DNA of 64,000 nucleotides. Source: Candidatus Poseidoniaceae archaeon (GTDB taxonomy: Archaea > Thermoplasmatota > Poseidoniia > Poseidoniales > Poseidoniaceae). The position numbers and the translations under genes are program-made. The stretch lies in NCBI GenBank assembly GCA_943788655.1, contig CALSRB010000007.1:82439-146438 (forward strand), in the 5' to 3' direction. The notes below the pieces were generated by a model. That model was not told the DNA's origin, made no database searches, and saw only the letters and a list, made by a program, of their open reading frames with translations. How positions within the stretch are numbered: position 1 is the stretch's first letter; the number at the start of each line of letters is the position of its first letter. Below, piece after piece: positions 57,539 to 64,000 of the stretch.

Positions 57539-58504
57539 TCATGAAGAGATGGCATCTGTTGCGGCGACCAATTCTCGTGCAATGCTCACTTCACCCATCG
57601 AGTGGCCTGCATCGGGGACAATAATCAGGTTGCTATTTGGCAGAACTTTGTGCAGTTCCCATGCGCTGCGTGTTGGGCAAACCACATCGTATCGCCCTTG
57701 GACGATTACAGTTGGAATGTGTTCGATGACTGATGCGTGATTCAAGATGTGAGCTTCTTCAACGAAGATTGCGTTGATGAAGTAGTGGCATTCAATGCGT
57801 GCAAAAGCAACTGCGAAATCCAAATCTTCTGCTTTTTCAAGGTAGGATGGGTCGGGAAACAGGCGGCTTGTTGCCATTTCCCAACGAGTCCACTCTTTTG
57901 CTGCTGCTCGGCGCACATCACCGTCTTCACTCGTGAGGCGAGCATAATATGCTTCGATAAGGTTCGATTGTTCCGCTTTAGGAATGTGTTCACGGTACGG
58001 CTCAAACGCATCTGGGAAGATGTGACTTGCACCGTCTTGGTAGAACCACTGCAGTTCGCTTTTCCTGCACATGAAAATGCCACGGAGGACCAGACTCGTG
58101 ACTCGATCTGGATATGTTTGGGCGTAAATGAGTGAGAGGGTTGACCCCCAAGAGCCACCAAAGACATGCCATTCTTCGATGCCAAAGGACACCCTGAGTG
58201 CTTCAATGTCGGCCACCATGGCTTGGGTTGTGTTGTCCCTTAACTCTGCATGAGGTGTTGATTGGCCGCATCCACGTTGGTCGAATTGGATGATGTTGAA
58301 CTTCGCAGGATCGAAGTATTGTCGGTAAGCGGGTTGGCCCCCACCACCTGGACCACCGTGGATGACAACAACAGGGACGCCCTCGCTGTTTCCAGATTTC
58401 TCCCAAGCAATTGTATGGAGATCTGTGACTTGCAGCATTCCAGAATCGTAGGGTTCAATCGGTGAATACAGCACCTCTTCAATCGTCGTGGTTGTGTCGA
58501 GCAT
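57539..58504 (-). CDS. pip: Proline iminopeptidase (S33)
   Basis: HGGPGG, FDQRGCG.S, FGGSWGSTL, LRGIF, ARIECHY, QGRYD, AGHS. Confidence 0.96.
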   Translation of the reverse strand: MLDTTTTIEEVLYSPIEPYDSGMLQVTDLHTIAWEKSGNSEGVPVVVIHGGPGGGGQPAYRQYFDPAKFNIIQFDQRGCGQSTPHAELRDNTTQAMVADIEALRVSFGIEEWHVFGGSWGSTLSLIYAQTYPDRVTSLVLRGIFMCRKSELQWFYQDGASHIFPDAFEPYREHIPKAEQSNLIEAYYARLTSEDGDVRRAAAKEWTRWEMATSRLFPDPSYLEKAEDLDFAVAFARIECHYFINAIFVEEAHILNHASVIEHIPTVIVQGRYDVVCPTRSAWELHKVLPNSNLIIVPDAGHSMGEVSIARELVAATDAISS

Positions 58505-58581
58505 GAGGTGTCCAAAGAACGGCCAACCATGTTCCTTTCGTTTGGGGACATGTTCAAGAAATACCCACCAAACGGCAAGCC

Positions 58582-59202
58582 ATGAGCACAAGACCCGCCA
58601 CTGAGTTGTTCTCTGAATGGGCGACAAAGAACAAGGATGAGGGAATGGAACGGGGCCATGCTGCTTCGGTCAAGGCAATGTTGGATTTGGCCTTACCAAG
58701 AGTCAACAAGCCGTATTCTGCCGTCGATGTTGGATGCGGAAACGGATGGGTCTGTCGGGCCTTGGAATCGCACGAAACATGCCTACGGGCCGTTGGCGTT
58801 GATGGATCTGAAGCGATGATTGAGAAAGCAAAGGCCCTTGGAGATGGTGAGTTTCACCTTGCTGTTTTACCACAATGGAAACCAGCCACGGCTTTTGATT
58901 TCCTTCACAGCATGGAATTCCTCTACTACCTCCACGACCCAGCGGCCATGCTAAAAATCATCCACGACGAGTGGTTAAAGGATGCAGGCGTGATGGTCGC
59001 AGGCGTCGATCATTACCTCGAAAATGAGGACAGCCATGGATGGCCTGAAGCCCTCAATGTGCACATGACAATGCTGAGCGAAGCCCAATGGAAAGATGCA
59101 ATGATTGCCGCAGGGTTTACCGATGTCGAAATGCACCGAGTTGCAGCAAAGGACGGTTTCATTGGCACCTTGGTGATGATTGGAACCAAGGCTTCGAATT
59201 AA
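58582..59202 (+). CDS. Class I SAM-dependent methyltransferase
   Basis: VDVGCGNGW, GVDGS..MI, FD..HSME..YY. Confidence 0.88.
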   Translation: MSTRPATELFSEWATKNKDEGMERGHAASVKAMLDLALPRVNKPYSAVDVGCGNGWVCRALESHETCLRAVGVDGSEAMIEKAKALGDGEFHLAVLPQWKPATAFDFLHSMEFLYYLHDPAAMLKIIHDEWLKDAGVMVAGVDHYLENEDSHGWPEALNVHMTMLSEAQWKDAMIAAGFTDVEMHRVAAKDGFIGTLVMIGTKASN

Positions 59203-62200
59203 TCCTCTCCCATTGGAAGAGGGATGCCGAGTGCCTCACCTGCGGGGGCGCAGAGTCGGACATCACCACTGTAGAACGGGCATGTCTTGCAAGGTTCTGC
59301 CGCTTCAGGACTGAGGCGATCTGGCTCTTCGAGCGATTGTGGAGCTGCTGCAAGATGGCCAATCCACTGGAGATGCTCGTTGAGTTCTTGTTGGGCTTCT
59401 TCAAATTCCTCCACAGTCAGTTGCAGCATCCGTCCCGAAGCACCGACAAGGAGAGCGGGTGGGAGGATGCTCCGTTGTTCCTCGGAGGGTTTGGTTGCCT
59501 CAACTGCCTGCAACGCCATGGAATACAGCGTCAACTGGAGGCGGTGTTCATCCAAGATTGAACGCTCGGACGGTGTCGATGGATATGGATTGAGGCGATC
59601 CCCGTCATACTGCTGCAACGCCGTGCCTTGGCTTGGATCCGTCGGATTGAATCCATCTCGACAATCTTTGGTCTTGAGGTCGACCACCTGTAAGAAGCCA
59701 TCAGCATGTTCGTTACGAAGTGCAAGTACGAGGTCTGCTCTTCCATCGAAAATGAGGTCCAATTGGCTGAGCACTGCGTGAGGAATCGATCCCCGAATGC
59801 TGAAGGTGGACCGTTGGATTCCATCAACTGCCACCGCATGTCGATGATAGAATGGAAGTTCTGTTCGCAGGCCTTCCACCGTGAAGCCGTTATGGGTTTC
59901 ACCAGCCGCCAAGCGACCTAGAAGGCCTTCTCGAACAAGCCTACCAAGGGCGCCCATGCGTTCATGGGTGCGGATAGCCATGGCTTGCTCCTTCGAATCT
60001 TCTGACACAGAATATCCTTCCTCGCCGAGAACGTTGGAGATAATTTCAGGATCATCAAGCCCATCTTCGCCGTCAAACATCCATGCCTCAGGCAGCGGTG
60101 TCGAATGCGGCGAGGCAGCCTTTGACGGATTGGCTAAACCAAGTTCTACAAGGCGGTGCATCATTGTTCCAAAAGAGGTTGCTGGAGGGAATTGGCTTGA
60201 GGAAGAGGGGCCTGTTTGATGGGCCCCGAACATCTTGAGTTGTTCTGGAATCCATCCCTTTACCTCGGTTAGCCAGTGCCGCCTTGGGCAAGCGCTGCTC
60301 GTGTCCAAGCCATGAGCTGTCATCCGCACAGATTGTCGAACTTCAAGCGGTTGCGCTGCCTCAACTGGTTCAGGATCAATGGCGTTAATTCGTTGCTCGA
60401 GTGCTGTCCAGTCTTGGAGCGGTGTCGTCACTTGTGTCGTTTCGAAACAATCTGGATGGTGGTAGAGCCGCATTGATTGGATTGCAGCGGGTCCGAGGTG
60501 TGAGGCATGGAGAAGGCTGTACGGGTTAAGCGAAAGCGTACGCTTGTCATAGAATGGCAACTCGTCAGCGCCATAATCCCCTTCCAAGAGCCAGGGTGCA
60601 TGTTCGTCCTGCGCCTCATAGGCTAAGCTTCGAAGGCTTTCCAACAGCATGCCGCCCATGGTGCTTCGTGAGGCTTTCACCTTCACTTCAATCTCCCCGG
60701 TATCAGCGTTAATAGAAGCATCATTGGCGTATGAACCGACGAGAATAAGGCGGTCTCGTGCGCGGGTTAATGCGACATAGAACGAGCGACGGCGCTCCGC
60801 TTGAGTTTGTGCTTGATCGAGCCGCTGGGTGAATTCCCATAAGCCATCATTCGGGCGGTCTTGAGAACGCCATGGGTTGATGCGGCCTGCAATCACTTGA
60901 GGCGTCACAAGGATGTTTTCTCGGCTGTTCAGTTGAGAGTCTGAAGCACCCGCTTTGAACAATCCAGCAACGAACACAACGCTGGCTTCCAAACCCTTTG
61001 CGTTGTGAACAGTCATGATTCTCACCGCTCCACCGGCAGGAACGGTGGTGGCAGGTGGCCCTCGTTGACCAAGCCGGTGCAGTTCGCACAAGCGAGAATA
61101 AATCGCCGCAGCTTCGTGACCAAGTTCATTGCCAATTGAAGCCACCAGCATGTACCAAGCCTCAGCGTTTTGTCGATCTGCATCTTCAGGGTAGGCGACA
61201 AGGAGGTCCGAGTGGTCAAGAACGGCGTCGATGGCTTCGTAGAGAGCGCCTTTTGCGACAATTTCACCGATATGACTGACAAGAGCGCCAACCTGCTGGT
61301 TTGGCGCATGTTGAGCCATGTGCGTCCACCAAGTATGTCCGGGGGTCGCTGCCATCATAGCCTCGATTTGACCATCTGTGAAACCCAAAACAGGCGAGCG
61401 GGCAAGACCAAGCACTGCAGCCCGGGATTGGGGGTTCGCAATCAGGTTGAGAGTTGCCATGAGGGGTTGCACAATTGGGCGGTCAAGAAGACTGCCTTGG
61501 CGGTCAGCAGCAACAGGAATACCTCGGTTTTGTAATCGACGTATGAGGTCGGGCACGTGGGTTCTTGAGTGGACAAGAATCATGATTTCAGAAGCCGCAA
61601 CAGGCTCATCAATTTCTTCTACTTGCTCATAGGCTTGAGTCGTTGCGTTCCACACTCTTGTCGGATTACCGGCCAACAGGGCTGCAATTCGGCCGGCAAT
61701 CAATTCATGCTCCAGGTGGACATCCTTTGATTTCGGATTTGAAAACACATCCATTGGGACGTGGAGATCCGAAGACTGCTCCCCTTCCTCGGTCGACAAG
61801 GGCATCAACCATTCGAGCACGCCCGGCGTATCACCTTCATCTCGACCCGCTACCAAATCTTGAGAAGAAGCATGCCAATCCCCCGGCAAGAGGTGGTGCC
61901 TTGGAGAAAACACATCACGGAACATGCCGTTCATCGTATGTACGAGGCTTGGTTTTGTTCTGTAATTGCTCGTCAAATCAATGAGGCCCTCCGCCCGAGC
62001 TTGCTGCCGGTCGGTTCCTGAAAATTCTGGCGCAAAACCATCGAGGTCTTCACCGAGGGAGAGGTGAGCATAAGGGGCTGAAAGCGTTTCATGCGGCTTA
62101 ATCGCCGTCCCAACGATGAACGCCGCCGTTTCACCTCCGGCTCCGATTGGCCGAGGGTCGCGACCAAACCCTTCTCGCCGAACACCGGGGCCCCAGCGAT

Positions 62201-64000
62201 CTTCAACCATTTCGATAAGGTTCGCTTCTCGGATGGCTTCAACAGCACGGAGCATGACTGAAACTTCTGCCTGCCGGAACCGGTAGATGCTCTGCTTCAT
62301 GTCCCCGACAATGCAGATTGTCGGATCCCAGGGGCCAAGCGGTCGGTCTGGTTCGCCGCTGTGCAAGATTCGGTGACCCCATAGTCGGGCCAACAAGCGG
62401 AAATGAGCGGGGTTGGTATCTTGATATTCATCGATAATGAAGGCCCGGTATTGACGGCGGAGGGTCTGAAGAATGTGGAATCGGCGTTGCAAATCTGCTG
62501 CGCATTTTTCATCGTCATTGGCAAGCACGAGGGCCCGTGAAATATGATGGTCGGTCCATGGCTCATCTCCGAGTGAATCGAGTGCATCAACAACTTCTGG
62601 AGGGTACTCAAATCGCACCATGTCGGGACAGCGGGCGAGCAAGAGGTCGGCGGCCATGTTCTGTATATCGTCGAAATCATGAACGCCTTCTTGGGCTTTA
62701 AGCTGTGTCAAAATGTCCTTGCAGGCACCGTGGACTCGTAAAAGATCCATCAAGATTCTCGATTGCAATGCAGAACCAATTCGCATCGGACCACCAAGTT
62801 CGGCTGTATCGTAGAATTCAACATCCATTTCGGCCATACTGTGGATGCTGGTTTCTGGCAAGTACGGCGATTCGATGCCTGGCGCCAACAGCGTTGCGCT
62901 TCTTCCCATGAAACAGATCAAGCGGCCTGTTTGTGAATTGAGCAAATCTGACATTTCGTTGCATATGAGGTCGGCGGCTGCCTTGATGGCATCTTTCTCT
63001 GGTTTCGGCAGATTGGCTTTGGATTTGGTGACAAGACCAGGGTGCCATCCAGTTTGACGGACAGCGGGCAACGATGCGTTTTGGAAATAACTCGTTTTGG
63101 TTCCGTCTGATTTGATTGAACCGGCAGCCGCAATGGCCACGTTCCACACCCATTGCATGCGAAGAATCGAATCTTCGGGGAACGCATGCCTCGCCATATG
63201 AACGAGGTGTCTGAACCGCGTTTGAGTCCCGCCGAGGGTCGTAAGTTCCGCAGGCGTCACATATGCTGCACTGTGTCCAAGGTACAGGTCGACAAATTCA
63301 TTCAAATGCTCGCGAAGCCGGCTGGCGAAGGCATCAATCTCTGTCGCTACAGGTTCGAGGAACATTTCCAAGAACAGTTGTTCAGGAAGTGGTTCATCGT
63401 GATGGAATGGAGCACCAAGTCGGTGTGCGTGGGCTTCAATCGAACGCTTTGATTCTTCCACAAAGAGTGATTTGTTAAGCATCCCCGAGAGAACCACTGA
63501 TGCCTGTTCTTGACCACCAAGAGCGATGGCAATGCGATCTCTTGATTCAATGAAAGAGTTGACGTAACCAAGAACGCCAGCTTCTTGTGCATCAGAAATG
63601 GTACGAACCCTCCAAGCAGAATGGAGGGCTTCCTCGATCAACAGTGGTGCTCGTTCCTGTGCAATCTGTTCCCTGCTTGGATGAACAGCCACGAGGTCGA
63701 GATGGGGTGAAAGCAATTGAGAAAGGAAGGCGTCAATGGTCGAGATGGGGGCTTCATCCAGCGAAGAAAGAAGCATTTCGACATCGGCATCCGAGCGAAT
63801 CCGAGGGTCATACACTCGAACTGGGTCGTCTGGGTCTACCGGTGATTTACTCGTCGCAGCAACACGTGCACGAATGCGTGCTTTCAATTCAGAAGCCGCT
63901 TTTTTGGTGAAGGTAATCGCTACAACTTCGCTTGGAAGAAGTCCTTGCCACTCTTTACGATCGGTTCGCTCTCGAGCCGGTGCTCGCAATGACCCATGAC
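59199..64000 (-). CDS. UvrD/AddA-like SF1 helicase with C-terminal PD-(D/E)xK nuclease, 5'-truncated by the window edge
   Basis: AITFTKKAA, STIDAF, IDEYQDTN, VGDMKQSIYRFR, NYRT, MTVH.AKGLE, YVALTRARD; nuclease G..D, VDLKT, QL..Y. Confidence 0.93.
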   Translation of the reverse strand, partial: HGSLRAPARERTDRKEWQGLLPSEVVAITFTKKAASELKARIRARVAATSKSPVDPDDPVRVYDPRIRSDADVEMLLSSLDEAPISTIDAFLSQLLSPHLDLVAVHPSREQIAQERAPLLIEEALHSAWRVRTISDAQEAGVLGYVNSFIESRDRIAIALGGQEQASVVLSGMLNKSLFVEESKRSIEAHAHRLGAPFHHDEPLPEQLFLEMFLEPVATEIDAFASRLREHLNEFVDLYLGHSAAYVTPAELTTLGGTQTRFRHLVHMARHAFPEDSILRMQWVWNVAIAAAGSIKSDGTKTSYFQNASLPAVRQTGWHPGLVTKSKANLPKPEKDAIKAAADLICNEMSDLLNSQTGRLICFMGRSATLLAPGIESPYLPETSIHSMAEMDVEFYDTAELGGPMRIGSALQSRILMDLLRVHGACKDILTQLKAQEGVHDFDDIQNMAADLLLARCPDMVRFEYPPEVVDALDSLGDEPWTDHHISRALVLANDDEKCAADLQRRFHILQTLRRQYRAFIIDEYQDTNPAHFRLLARLWGHRILHSGEPDRPLGPWDPTICIVGDMKQSIYRFRQAEVSVMLRAVEAIREANLIEMVEDRWGPGVRREGFGRDPRPIGAGGETAAFIVGTAIKPHETLSAPYAHLSLGEDLDGFAPEFSGTDRQQARAEGLIDLTSNYRTKPSLVHTMNGMFRDVFSPRHHLLPGDWHASSQDLVAGRDEGDTPGVLEWLMPLSTEEGEQSSDLHVPMDVFSNPKSKDVHLEHELIAGRIAALLAGNPTRVWNATTQAYEQVEEIDEPVAASEIMILVHSRTHVPDLIRRLQNRGIPVAADRQGSLLDRPIVQPLMATLNLIANPQSRAAVLGLARSPVLGFTDGQIEAMMAATPGHTWWTHMAQHAPNQQVGALVSHIGEIVAKGALYEAIDAVLDHSDLLVAYPEDADRQNAEAWYMLVASIGNELGHEAAAIYSRLCELHRLGQRGPPATTVPAGGAVRIMTVHNAKGLEASVVFVAGLFKAGASDSQLNSRENILVTPQVIAGRINPWRSQDRPNDGLWEFTQRLDQAQTQAERRRSFYVALTRARDRLILVGSYANDASINADTGEIEVKVKASRSTMGGMLLESLRSLAYEAQDEHAPWLLEGDYGADELPFYDKRTLSLNPYSLLHASHLGPAAIQSMRLYHHPDCFETTQVTTPLQDWTALEQRINAIDPEPVEAAQPLEVRQSVRMTAHGLDTSSACPRRHWLTEVKGWIPEQLKMFGAHQTGPSSSSQFPPATSFGTMMHRLVELGLANPSKAASPHSTPLPEAWMFDGEDGLDDPEIISNVLGEEGYSVSEDSKEQAMAIRTHERMGALGRLVREGLLGRLAAGETHNGFTVEGLRTELPFYHRHAVAVDGIQRSTFSIRGSIPHAVLSQLDLIFDGRADLVLALRNEHADGFLQVVDLKTKDCRDGFNPTDPSQGTALQQYDGDRLNPYPSTPSERSILDEHRLQLTLYSMALQAVEATKPSEEQRSILPPALLVGASGRMLQLTVEEFEEAQQELNEHLQWIGHLAAAPQSLEEPDRLSPEAAEPCKTCPFYSGDVRLCAPAGEALGIPLPMGED

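Noticed and set aside
59199-60310. Cas4-like nuclease as evidence of a CRISPR-Cas system or casposon
   Set aside because: It is the fused C-terminal domain of the UvrD/AddA helicase; there is no cas1 or array in the window

Overview
A gene-dense, roughly 50% GC window from an archaeal chromosome, most likely Marine Group II Euryarchaeota (Poseidoniales). This assignment is inferred from archaeal markers (RadA, RaSEA, archaeal YchF and AK6, an initiator tRNA with A1-U72) alongside bacterial-type genes (xseAB, rlmH, icd, maeB, AddA-like helicase) and very large membrane-anchored surface proteins. It holds about 55 CDS and 2 tRNAs (Thr-CGT and initiator Met). I saw no CRISPR array, integrase, transposase or rRNA. 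The most interesting elements are: (1) a two-gene unit encoding a cbb3/CcoN-like heme-copper-oxidase scaffold that has lost 5 of 6 metal-ligand histidines and carries two C-terminal EF-hands; (2) a single-chain protein with about three histone folds, one with an H2A-like signature, next to a C2H2 zinc-finger gene; (3) a 1117-aa helical-repeat protein with an apparently intact C-terminal PIN nuclease; (4) a 2786-aa beta-propeller/FN3 surface protein; (5) a recurring TTCAA box about 30 nt upstream of start codons, two operator-like palindromes and several zero-gap convergent gene junctions. All family calls come from recognising motifs by eye; no searches were run.
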